This document shows, in pieces, positions 7,188 through 15,720 of a DNA stretch of 41,794 nt. The notes under the pieces are model-generated. The model was not told the origin of the DNA and did no database searches. It saw nothing but the letters and a program-made list of their open reading frames with translations. The stretch's first letter is position 1; every line of letters starts with the position of its first letter. The translations under genes and the position numbers were made by a program. The DNA comes from a bacterium (GTDB lineage Bacteria; Sysuimicrobiota; Sysuimicrobiia; Sysuimicrobiales; Segetimicrobiaceae): NCBI GenBank assembly GCA_035488355.1, contig DATHLI010000131.1, positions 1 to 41,794 on the forward strand, given 5' to 3'.

Positions 7188-8792
7188 TCAGATGGCATCC
7201 CACACGAGCGCTTTCACACGCCGGACGACCTCCTCCAGCGGGACGCTCGCGTCGAGCGGCACGACCCGGGTCCGCGGAGAATAGCGCAAACGCCGGCTGA
7301 TCCGATCGCGCTTCCGGATCTCCGCGAGGTCCATGTCCGGCTTCCGTTGTGAGGCGACCTCCGGCGCCACATCGAGGCGGACGACCAGATCGGGCGGGTG
7401 CGCCTCGGCCCAGTCGTATGGCGCGCGTTCCCACCGCGCCAGGGCGCGCAGCAGGCGGGAGCGGCTCTCCCGCCACTCCGAGAGCAGCGGCCCGTCCATG
7501 CACCCCATCGTCTGGTTCTGGGGAAACCGGTCGCAGACCACGATCATGCCCCGCTCGTGCGCTCGCCAGGCGCGGCGCAGCCGCTGGGCTTTCTCGGCGC
7601 GGAGGATCAACGCCCACAGCGCTCGGGCGATCCGCATCCCCGCCGGGGGCGTGCCCGGCACGCCGCCGTCCCTCGCGCGCGCCGGGGCGGATCGGGCGCG
7701 CGCCTCCGCCTTCCGCCGGTGCCACCATCGACCGGCGACCTGCAGGGGCCAGCGGATCGGCGACACGGGGCCGTCTCCGCTGCCGAAATAGATGGGCAGC
7801 ACGTCGACGTGCTCCGACAGCCACGCCACGATCTCGTTGACCACGGTGGACTTCCCCGACCCATCCGGACCAACGACCGCGATCAATCGCCCTCCGGTGG
7901 CCGGAGTCAGCCGCAGCGGCACCGGCGGAAAGAGCCGCCTGAGAGGCGACGCGCGCCACACCGCGCAGGCCTCTTTGAGCCATCGGTGCCACACGGCCGC
8001 GCTCGGGCCATACCGGCGGTGGGGATGGAGGGCGGTCACCACGCTGCGGCGAAACGCCAGCAGCCCGCGCATCGACGGCCGGCCCTCCAATAGCTCCGAC
8101 ACCCGCCGCGCGGCGCCGTCGTCCAGCAACTTGCGGCCCCATTCGGCGACCCGTGGGGCGGCCGCACGGGTCTCGAGCCAGCGAAACTTCGTCAGGACGC
8201 GGCCGCGAAAGCACGGCGCCGTCCGAGGCCGGCCCAGCCGCTCGTATGTCCGCAGCTTCAACGCCGCCCGCACAAGGAACAGGATCATGTCGACGTTGGG
8301 ATCCGCCGTGTAGATGCCGTGCTCGGCGTCCAGCCGCCGGCTCGCCAGCACCGCGTCCTCCCAAGGGAGGTGATAGCCCTTGAGGTGCCCCTCGCCCGTG
8401 ATCAGGCGATAGTACACGTGGACGTGGGTGAGACGGGCGGTCTGGCGATCCAGCGCCAGAAAATGGCCGATCGCGGGATACGCAAACCAGCCGCAGGGGA
8501 CACACGGCTTGAATCCGACCTCGGCCAGGATCCGGTTCAGCAGGGGCGCCGCCGTCCCATCGACGAGCAGATCGACGTCGAGCGCGCCCTGCAACGACGC
8601 GGTCAGCGTGTCGTTGTCTTTCCAGTGACAGTAGAGGACATCTTCCTCATGCAGCCGGCCGGTCAATCTGCCGAGGACGCTCAACGTGGTGGATGGTGCA
8701 GGCCGTTCGGTCGCCCCGCCCGTCCCGGTGGTCCGCGCCGCGGCGACGCTGCCGGGCGGGGATCCACGCAGCGCTCCGCGCACCTCTCTCAT
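7188..8792 (-). CDS. Fusion protein: N-terminal uncharacterised nucleotidyltransferase-like domain plus C-terminal thymidylate-kinase-like P-loop domain
   Basis: The N-terminal half has CHWKDN...LQGALDVDLLVD, which resembles the DxD motif of Pol-beta-type 'uncharacterised nucleotidyltransferase' proteins. The C-terminal half has Walker A VVGPDGSGKST, then VVCDRFP (DRY-like) and PDLVVRLDVAPEVASQRK (a dTMP-kinase-like lid). Its ATG overlaps the upstream PIG-L stop (ATGA). Confidence 0.65.
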   Translation of the reverse strand: MREVRGALRGSPPGSVAAARTTGTGGATERPAPSTTLSVLGRLTGRLHEEDVLYCHWKDNDTLTASLQGALDVDLLVDGTAAPLLNRILAEVGFKPCVPCGWFAYPAIGHFLALDRQTARLTHVHVYYRLITGEGHLKGYHLPWEDAVLASRRLDAEHGIYTADPNVDMILFLVRAALKLRTYERLGRPRTAPCFRGRVLTKFRWLETRAAAPRVAEWGRKLLDDGAARRVSELLEGRPSMRGLLAFRRSVVTALHPHRRYGPSAAVWHRWLKEACAVWRASPLRRLFPPVPLRLTPATGGRLIAVVGPDGSGKSTVVNEIVAWLSEHVDVLPIYFGSGDGPVSPIRWPLQVAGRWWHRRKAEARARSAPARARDGGVPGTPPAGMRIARALWALILRAEKAQRLRRAWRAHERGMIVVCDRFPQNQTMGCMDGPLLSEWRESRSRLLRALARWERAPYDWAEAHPPDLVVRLDVAPEVASQRKPDMDLAEIRKRDRISRRLRYSPRTRVVPLDASVPLEEVVRRVKALVWDAI

Positions 8793-9580
8793 GATCCCGC
8801 GGGCGTGCGGGCAGGCTGGAGGGCATCGGCCGCGAGCAGATCCCTCGGCGTGGAAGGAGGCAGGAGGGCATCGGCCACGAGCAGATCCCGCACGAGGATG
8901 AACGCCTCGGCGGCCTGCATCCCCACCGCAATCCCCCGCTGCTGGGCATACACGCGCAGCGCTTCCGGCGACCGTGGGTGGGGATAGGGCTTGACCTCGC
9001 TGATGAAGGTGTTGCGATACGCCTCAAAGGCCCTGAGCTTTTCGTCGAGCGTTGTGCTGATGTCCACGTACACCGTGGGGAGAAACGCCCAGTCCGCGAA
9101 CGGCGGCCCCCACTCCGTCGACGACGCCACCTCGTAACACAGAAGCCTCCGCACCGGGTTCTCGCCAAACGGGCGCGCGGCGACCAGCGTGGCCGCAAAC
9201 GCGGCGCGGTGGTCCTGGTTCGCGTCGCCGTGATGATGCGTGTAGACGACCTGGGGGCGCAGGTCCCGGATCGCGTCGGAGATGGGCCGGATGATGTCGA
9301 GCAGGGGCACGCTGTCGAGCCGCTGGTCCGGGAGATCGACGAAGCGCACCTCGTGAACGCCCAACGCTCGGCACGCGGCGCGCGCCGCCGCCTTCTGCGG
9401 CTCGGTCACGGGGTGATGCGACGTGACGCCGTCCGTCAGGATCAGCACGGACACCCGATCTCCCCCGTGGACATGCCGGGCAATGGTCCCCCCCACCCCG
9501 AGGACTTCATCATCCGGGTGGGCGCCGATGACGAGGACCGACGTCGAGGGGCCGGCGCCCCCGCGGTGTGACTGCGTCAT
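8789..9580 (-). CDS. PIG-L/LmbE-family N-acetylglucosaminyl deacetylase
   Basis: VLVIGAHPDDEVLGVGGTIARH... and HHHGDANQDH motifs. ATGA overlaps on both sides. Confidence 0.85.
   Translation of the reverse strand: MTQSHRGGAGPSTSVLVIGAHPDDEVLGVGGTIARHVHGGDRVSVLILTDGVTSHHPVTEPQKAAARAACRALGVHEVRFVDLPDQRLDSVPLLDIIRPISDAIRDLRPQVVYTHHHGDANQDHRAAFAATLVAARPFGENPVRRLLCYEVASSTEWGPPFADWAFLPTVYVDISTTLDEKLRAFEAYRNTFISEVKPYPHPRSPEALRVYAQQRGIAVGMQAAEAFILVRDLLVADALLPPSTPRDLLAADALQPARTPAGS
8818..8889. repeat. 45-bp in-frame tandem duplication at the 3' end of the PIG-L gene
   Basis: ggagggcatcggccGcgagcagatccc (8818-8844) is repeated as ggagggcatcggccAcgagcagatccc (8863-8889). This encodes RDLLVADALLPPSTP / RDLLAADALQPARTP. 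Confidence 0.8.
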
Positions 9581-11571
9581 CGTGTGGTCACGACAGGGTC
9601 CCCGCCTTTCTCACGCGCGGGCGCCGCCCGGGGAGGCGGTGGGTCTCGGTGCAGCGCGTCGCCGTTTCCCCCCAACCACACCGGCATGGGCTCGGAGCTC
9701 GTCACCATCTGATGCAGCACGCGCTTGACGCCGGTCAGGTCCATGGCACGGGACAGCCTGTCCAGTTCCTGAATGGCCAGCCGCAAGATGACCTCGTCCA
9801 CCCGCCCGTTGGTGCGGACCGCGAACATCCCCGGCAGGGTTGTCCCGCCGAGGGGCTCGTCCGAGGTCTCGAGCGCTTCATGGAGTTGCTCGCCGGGCCG
9901 GATCCCCGTGAAGACAATCGGAATGTCCTTGTCGGGCTCCAGTCCGGAGAGCCGGATCAACTCCTGCGCCAGGTCGAGGATCTTGATGGGCCGGCCCATG
10001 TCGAGCATGAAAATGTCGTGGGATTCCTGCGAGGCGCTGGCCTGAAGGACGAGCGCCACCGCCTCCCGGGTGCTCATGAAGTACCGGGTCATCTCGGGGT
10101 GCGTGATGGTCACAGGTCCCCCGCGGCGAATTTGCTCCTGCAAGACCGGGACGACGCTCCCACGGCTCCCGATCACATTGCCGAAGCGAACGGCGAGAAA
10201 GCGCGTGCCCCCCCGCGCGTTCAGGGCTTTCACGATCCACTCCGCCAGACGCTTGGTCGCCCCCATGACGCTCGTGGCGTTCACGGCCTTGTCGGTGGAA
10301 ATCAGCACGAACGTTTGGGTCCCGCAGGCCAGCGCGGCCTCGGCCACGGCCAGCGTGCCGAGGATGTTTGTCCGGACGGCCTCGTCCGGGTGACGTTCCA
10401 TCAGCGGGACATGTTTGTAGGCGGCCGCGTGGTAGACCACGTCCGGTCGCCAGGCGCTGAACACCTTCTGGATCTTGTCCGAGTCACGGACGTCTGCGAT
10501 CACGGTCTGCACCCGCTGCTCCAGCGGAGGATGAATGATCTCCTCCGCAAGGTGGAACAGCGCGGTTTCGTTCGTGTCGAGCAGGAGCACCCGCGCGGCG
10601 TCCGACCGGGACAATTGACGGGCGAGCTCGCTGCCGATCGACCCGGCGGCCCCCGTGACGAGCACCGTTTGTCCTCTCAGAAAGGCCGCGACACGGTTGG
10701 CGTCGATGGGCGCCGGCTTGCGCCCCAACAGATCCTCCAGATTCACGTCCCGAATGTCATGCACCGTCACGTGGCCCGTGAGGAGCTCGTGAACGCTGGG
10801 GAGCACCCGGACCCGCGTAATGCCCGCCTCGCGGGCGAAGCGCATGATATCACGGACGTGCCCGGAGCCGGCGGAGACGAAGGTAATGACCACTTCGTCG
10901 ACCTCCAGCTTCCGGACCGCGTCCGGAATCGCTTCCTTGCCTCCCATCACTTTCAGCCCGTGGACGAACGTGCCCCACTTCGACGCGTCATCGTCGATAA
11001 ACCCCACCGGATGGTACGCCGCGTGCCCGTTACTCACCATCGACCGGGCGATCATCCCGCCCGCCTCTCCCGCGCCCACCAGCAGCACTCGGGAGCCGCG
11101 TCCGGTGCTCGACCTGGCGCGCGGGATCTCATTCGACAACCGCCGCCCGAGCCGGGAGACCGCGATCAACGTGGTCCCCAACAGATAATCCAGGATCAGG
11201 ACCCCCCGCGGGAAGGTGCCGTAGGCATGGATCCCCTGCAGGAGAAACAGCCCCCCCGCCAGGGTCAGCGTCGCCGCGGTCGACGCCTTCCACGCCCCCA
11301 CAATCTCCTTGAGGCCCACCAGGGCCCAGGTGACGCGGTACAACCGAAAGACGGCGTTCCAGGCGAGCTTCACGGGAAGAAATAGGATCAGCACGACCGG
11401 CATGGCGGCGATGAATTGAGGCGGAATGGCCCCATCGAAGCGAATGAGCAGCGCCAGCGCGTAGCTGAGGACCCAGAGCAGCACATCGCTGATGCCAAAA
11501 TATACATGCTGAGCCACCCAAGCGCCCGACACCCGCCTGGACCGTCCGATCGGCAGCCTGCGGCGAATCAT
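9577..11571 (-). CDS. Membrane-anchored CapD/PglF/WbpM-type NDP-sugar 4,6-dehydratase (polysaccharide biosynthesis protein)
   Basis: N-terminal TM segments, then VLLVGAGEAGG, VLVTGAAGSIGSELARQL and ISTDKAVNATSVMGATKRLAE. Confidence 0.9.
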   Translation of the reverse strand: MIRRRLPIGRSRRVSGAWVAQHVYFGISDVLLWVLSYALALLIRFDGAIPPQFIAAMPVVLILFLPVKLAWNAVFRLYRVTWALVGLKEIVGAWKASTAATLTLAGGLFLLQGIHAYGTFPRGVLILDYLLGTTLIAVSRLGRRLSNEIPRARSSTGRGSRVLLVGAGEAGGMIARSMVSNGHAAYHPVGFIDDDASKWGTFVHGLKVMGGKEAIPDAVRKLEVDEVVITFVSAGSGHVRDIMRFAREAGITRVRVLPSVHELLTGHVTVHDIRDVNLEDLLGRKPAPIDANRVAAFLRGQTVLVTGAAGSIGSELARQLSRSDAARVLLLDTNETALFHLAEEIIHPPLEQRVQTVIADVRDSDKIQKVFSAWRPDVVYHAAAYKHVPLMERHPDEAVRTNILGTLAVAEAALACGTQTFVLISTDKAVNATSVMGATKRLAEWIVKALNARGGTRFLAVRFGNVIGSRGSVVPVLQEQIRRGGPVTITHPEMTRYFMSTREAVALVLQASASQESHDIFMLDMGRPIKILDLAQELIRLSGLEPDKDIPIVFTGIRPGEQLHEALETSDEPLGGTTLPGMFAVRTNGRVDEVILRLAIQELDRLSRAMDLTGVKRVLHQMVTSSEPMPVWLGGNGDALHRDPPPPRAAPAREKGGDPVVTTR

Positions 11572-12953
11572 GGCGTGGACACCGCGGCGGCGTCTCGTCC
11601 GTCCAGGGCGGGGACCGAGACCGGGGCGGCCACCGGCACGGCCGGCGCGTCGCCGCGTCCCAGGCTGTGGTACTCGAAGCCGTGCGCCCGCATCTGCGCG
11701 GGCTCGAAGAGGTTCCGGCCGTCGATGACGAGCGGCGCGCGCATCACCGGACGCAGGCGCTCGAGATCCACGGACCGGAATTCGTCCCAGTCCGTAAGGA
11801 TCACGAGGGCGTGCGCCTCCCGCGCGGCCTGATACGAGGACTCCGCGTAGGCGAGGTGGTCGTCCGGAGGCCAGAGGCCCGCCAGCTTCTGCGCCGCCCG
11901 GGGATCGTAGATGCGGAGGGTCACGCCGGCTTCCCGCAGCCGCGCGATCACCCCGAGGCTGGGCGCTCCGCGGATGTCGTCGGTGTCGGGCTTGAACGCC
12001 ACCCCGAGCACCCCCACCGTCTTCCCGCGCAGGCCCCCCATCGCCTCGTCCAGCTTCTGGATGAGGCGATCCACCCGGGAGGCGTTGATCCGTTCGACCT
12101 CACGCAGCAGGGCGAAGTCGAGGCCCGCGTCCGCGGCGCCCCAGATGAACGCCTTCAGGTCTTTCGTAAAGCACGACCCTCCGTACCCCAGCCCCGCCTG
12201 CAGAAAGTGGGGCCCGATCCGCGGGTCGAGGCCGATGCCGCGCGCGACGTCGGCGACGTCCGCGCCGGCCTGGTCGCAGAAATCGGCCACCATGTTGACG
12301 AACGAGATCTTCGTCGCGAGGAACGCGTTGGCCGCGTGCTTGATGAGCTCGGCGGTCCTGATGCTGGTGAGGAGGATGGGGCACTCGAAATCGCGCGCGT
12401 ACAGCTCGCGGAGGAGCGCCCGGGCCCGGTCTGAGTCGGCGCCGATGATGATCCGGTCGGGGTGCAGGAAGTCGCGCACCGCCGAGCCTTCGCGCAAGAA
12501 CTCGGGATTGCTCGCGACCTCGTACTCGGGCATGCTCCCGACCGGCCGGCGGAGGGCCCGGTCGATGCCGGCGCCCGTATGGACGGGGACCGTGCTCTTT
12601 TCCACGATGAGCTTGAAGCCGTCCGGCCGGCAGGCGATGCTGGCGACGGCCTCGTCGATCTGGGAGAGATCGGTCCGTCCGTCGGGAAGGGCCGGGGTGC
12701 CGACACACAGGAAGATGATGTCCGAGCGGTCCAGCATCTCGGCGGTCGACGTGGTGAACTTCAGGCGGCCGGACTGCAGGGTGGACTGCAGGAGCTCCCA
12801 GAGTCCCGGCTCGTACACGATCGGTTCGCCGCGGGCCAGGCGGGCGACGCGCTCCGCATCCTTGTCCATGCCCACCACGGTGTGGCCGAGCGCGGCAAAT
12901 CCCACCGCGGTGACGAGTCCGACGTGACCGGTCCCCATAATGCCGAGCCTCAT
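11568..12953 (-). CDS. ugd: UDP-glucose 6-dehydrogenase family nucleotide-sugar dehydrogenase
   Basis: The track ORF is trimmed to ATG 12953 (MRLGIMGTGHVGLVTAVGFA...). EKSTVPV, NPEFLREG and GYGGSCFTKD catalytic-Cys motifs are present. A GGGGGG SD-like run lies upstream. Confidence 0.85.
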   Translation of the reverse strand: MRLGIMGTGHVGLVTAVGFAALGHTVVGMDKDAERVARLARGEPIVYEPGLWELLQSTLQSGRLKFTTSTAEMLDRSDIIFLCVGTPALPDGRTDLSQIDEAVASIACRPDGFKLIVEKSTVPVHTGAGIDRALRRPVGSMPEYEVASNPEFLREGSAVRDFLHPDRIIIGADSDRARALLRELYARDFECPILLTSIRTAELIKHAANAFLATKISFVNMVADFCDQAGADVADVARGIGLDPRIGPHFLQAGLGYGGSCFTKDLKAFIWGAADAGLDFALLREVERINASRVDRLIQKLDEAMGGLRGKTVGVLGVAFKPDTDDIRGAPSLGVIARLREAGVTLRIYDPRAAQKLAGLWPPDDHLAYAESSYQAAREAHALVILTDWDEFRSVDLERLRPVMRAPLVIDGRNLFEPAQMRAHGFEYHSLGRGDAPAVPVAAPVSVPALDGRDAAAVSTP

Positions 12954-12985
12954 GCGACCCCCCAGTTTCTGCGCCCCCCAGGCTG

Positions 12986-13711
12986 TCAGCCTTGGGGCGC
13001 TCCCCCGACCGCGAGTGGTGCGGGCATCGTCCCGCCGGCTGCGACCGTAGATCGATCGAGGCCGGCGTTGAAGAGCATGTCGAGATAGCTGAGCCACGGC
13101 TCGAAGGCGCCGAAGCGCTGCGGGTACAGCGGGTACGCGTACTCATGCAGGCGGACCGCGATCCCTTCGGCGGCGAATGCCGGGAGATCGAGGTACTCGC
13201 GGCCGAACGCCCCCGACAGATAGACGTCGGCGCCGACCTCCCTGCAGATCTCCAGCAGCAGGCGCGATCCGCGGCCGGCGATCGGCAGCGCAGACGCGCG
13301 AACAAATCGGCAGGTGATCCCGAGCGACCGCACCGCGGGTCCCCAGGACGCCCGGTCGAGGTCGGTCAGCGTGTCGTAGGGACCGTCCAGGATGCCCAGT
13401 ACTTCGGCGATGTGGGTGTCGTACTGGGGGGCCCGGCCGTAGAGGGCGGCGAGGGTATGGCCGATCTTCCGCCGCCAGTGTTGGGTGTCGTCGACCCTGG
13501 TGTCGAGGATGCGCTGCTCCCGGCCGGCCTGGCGGACCGGGACGGTGAGCCAGTGGGGCCCCTGCGCCGTTTTGACCCGGGCCCGGTTCTCCTCGTGGCG
13601 CGGCGAGTACTGCACCGTGTCGAGGATGACAAACACATCGGCCAGCATCATGCGATGCAGATAATGCAGCCCCGGAAAGAACCGCGGCTGGGAGATAACG
13701 CACACGGTCAC
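12986..13711 (-). CDS. WbqC-like family protein (function unknown; typical of O-antigen/EPS clusters)
   Basis: VTVCVISQPRFFPGLHYLHRMMLADVFVILDTVQYSPRHEENRA... GTG 13711 lies 7 nt after GGAGG, immediately after the stop of the upstream gene. Confidence 0.7.
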   Translation of the reverse strand: MTVCVISQPRFFPGLHYLHRMMLADVFVILDTVQYSPRHEENRARVKTAQGPHWLTVPVRQAGREQRILDTRVDDTQHWRRKIGHTLAALYGRAPQYDTHIAEVLGILDGPYDTLTDLDRASWGPAVRSLGITCRFVRASALPIAGRGSRLLLEICREVGADVYLSGAFGREYLDLPAFAAEGIAVRLHEYAYPLYPQRFGAFEPWLSYLDMLFNAGLDRSTVAAGGTMPAPLAVGGAPQG

Positions 13712-13713
13712 CG

Positions 13714-15708
13714 TTACACCTCCCCCTGACGGCCGGCTCGGATGGTTCCCGCGGGGGCGCCGCCGCGCGGCGCCATCGGGACCGCGATCCGCCGCGACGG
13801 CCACCACGACCGAATCAGGACGCAGTACGCCGTTTGGACGATGATCCTGAGGTCGACGAGGAGGCTCTGCCGCTCCATGTAGCGCAGGCACTCGGCCACC
13901 TGGAGCGGCATGTGCCGCCGGATGTAGTGCTCCTGGGCGGAGACGCCGGGAAGCGGCGGGTCGTGGTAGGTCAGATTGGGGTACCAGGTGAGATCCGCCG
14001 GGGAGACCATCCCCGGGCGGATGTCCAGGGTGCGCCACTGCACCGGGGTGTAGTGTTGCCGGACGACGTCCCAATCCTCGGCGCGCGGGCCGACCACAGC
14101 CATCTCCCCGCGGAGCACGTTCCAAAACTGGGGCAGTTCGTCGATCTGGAACCTGCGCAACACCGCCCCAACCGGCGTGACGCGGTCGTCGTCTTTCGCC
14201 GTGATCCGCCGGTCGGGGCTGTCCGCGCCGTCGCGCATCGTCCGCAGCTTGAGCATGGCGAACGGCCGGCCCCTCAGGCCGGCGCGCCGGGCCCGATACA
14301 GGGCAGGCCCGGGCGACGTCAGGGTGATCGCCAGCGCGCCCATGAGGATGAGGGGCCACGTGACCAGGAGCGCCCCGGTCGCGAAGAGGACGTCGAAGAT
14401 CCGCTTTGCCCTTTCATAGAAGCGCCTGCGACCCTTTGCGTCGGGCGCCGCCCCGCCCGCCTCCAAGGCTGTCCCCGGCGCTCGGAAGACGCCCTTCCGG
14501 ATCAACAGCTGCCGGTAGACGCCGCCTGTCCGAGCCGCCACCGCTTTGAGATCGAAGCGCCCCACCGCCAGCCGCCGGGCCGTCTGCCCGAAGCGCGCCC
14601 GGAGTGTCGGAGCGTCGAGCAGTCGCCGGATCGCCTCCCGGAGCGCCGCGCCGTCCCGGGCCGGGACGAGCAGTCCGGTGACATCGTGCTTGACCACTTC
14701 CCGGCACCCCGGCGCGTCGACCGTGACGATCGCGAGGCCCATGGAGGCCGCCTCGAGCAGGACACGCGGGATCCCCTCCGGGTAGGCGGAGGGGAGGACA
14801 AAGATGTCCGACACCGACAGGAGGGCGGGGACATCCGATCGTGGACCGATCCAGATCCCGCTGTGCCGGAGGGCGGTGAGCTCGGACTCGCCCAGGCGAT
14901 CGCGGGCGTCCCCATCCGCCGGGCCGGCCAGGATACAGCGGACGTCCGAGCGGACCGCACAGATCTGACGGGCGGCCTCCGCAAACTCCAACACGCCCTT
15001 GGACCGGATGACCCGCGAGATCATGGTGACCACGAGCTGGCCTGGGCGGAGGCCGAGATCTTCGCGGGTGCGGGCCTGTTCCGCCGCCGGCAACTGCGTC
15101 CGGTCAAACCGCGCCGTATCGACGCCCGATCCGGGGAGGACCCGCGTCTTCTCGGCGGGCGCGATTCCCGCGGCGATGAACCGGCGGGCGTCGTCGGGGT
15201 TCTGAAACACGGTCACATCCGCAACGTGGGACGTCCACCGCTGCAGGCTCTCGAAGATGCGGCGGGTGGGGCTCAGGCCGGCGCCGCCGGCGTACAGGGC
15301 CCCCAGGCCGGTCACCGTCCCAATGACGACGGGCACCCCCGCCCACCGGGCGGCCAGGCACGCCCAGATGCCCGGCTTGGTATCAAACGCGTGGACGATA
15401 TCCGGCCGCGATCTGCGGAAGATGAGCATGAGCTGCCCCAGGGTGATCAGGTCCAGCACCGGGTTGACCCGCCGGCTCATGATGTACGATCCGTACTCGA
15501 AGCCCGCGGCCGCAAACTTGTCGCGCAGCGCCGGGCGGGTCCCCAGGGCGCCGACGGCGATGGCGTCGCTCAGGGCCCGCATCAGGTCGAGCCGCGCATC
15601 GACGTCCGGGCCCCCCACCAGGAGGACCTTCGGGCGCCGCGTCATGGCGGCGCCGGGGGCGGAGCGGATCCCCTCCGCCTTCGCTGCGACAGGACCGGTC
15701 GGGCTCAT
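13714..15708 (-). CDS. Bifunctional fusion: GT4-type glycosyltransferase (N-terminal) plus monotopic phosphoglycosyl transferase of the bacterial sugar transferase / PglC-WbaP C-terminal type
   Basis: GT4 signature: EGIPRVLLEAASMGLAIVTVDAPGCREVVKHDVTGLLV. After a linker come KRIFDVLFATGALLVTWPLILMGALAITLTSPGPALYRARRAGLRGRPFAMLKLRTM...DDRVTPVGAVLRRFQIDELPQFWNVLRGEMAVVGPR. Confidence 0.85.
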   Translation of the reverse strand: MSPTGPVAAKAEGIRSAPGAAMTRRPKVLLVGGPDVDARLDLMRALSDAIAVGALGTRPALRDKFAAAGFEYGSYIMSRRVNPVLDLITLGQLMLIFRRSRPDIVHAFDTKPGIWACLAARWAGVPVVIGTVTGLGALYAGGAGLSPTRRIFESLQRWTSHVADVTVFQNPDDARRFIAAGIAPAEKTRVLPGSGVDTARFDRTQLPAAEQARTREDLGLRPGQLVVTMISRVIRSKGVLEFAEAARQICAVRSDVRCILAGPADGDARDRLGESELTALRHSGIWIGPRSDVPALLSVSDIFVLPSAYPEGIPRVLLEAASMGLAIVTVDAPGCREVVKHDVTGLLVPARDGAALREAIRRLLDAPTLRARFGQTARRLAVGRFDLKAVAARTGGVYRQLLIRKGVFRAPGTALEAGGAAPDAKGRRRFYERAKRIFDVLFATGALLVTWPLILMGALAITLTSPGPALYRARRAGLRGRPFAMLKLRTMRDGADSPDRRITAKDDDRVTPVGAVLRRFQIDELPQFWNVLRGEMAVVGPRAEDWDVVRQHYTPVQWRTLDIRPGMVSPADLTWYPNLTYHDPPLPGVSAQEHYIRRHMPLQVAECLRYMERQSLLVDLRIIVQTAYCVLIRSWWPSRRIAVPMAPRGGAPAGTIRAGRQGEV

Positions 15709-15720
15709 CGAATTTCGCCC

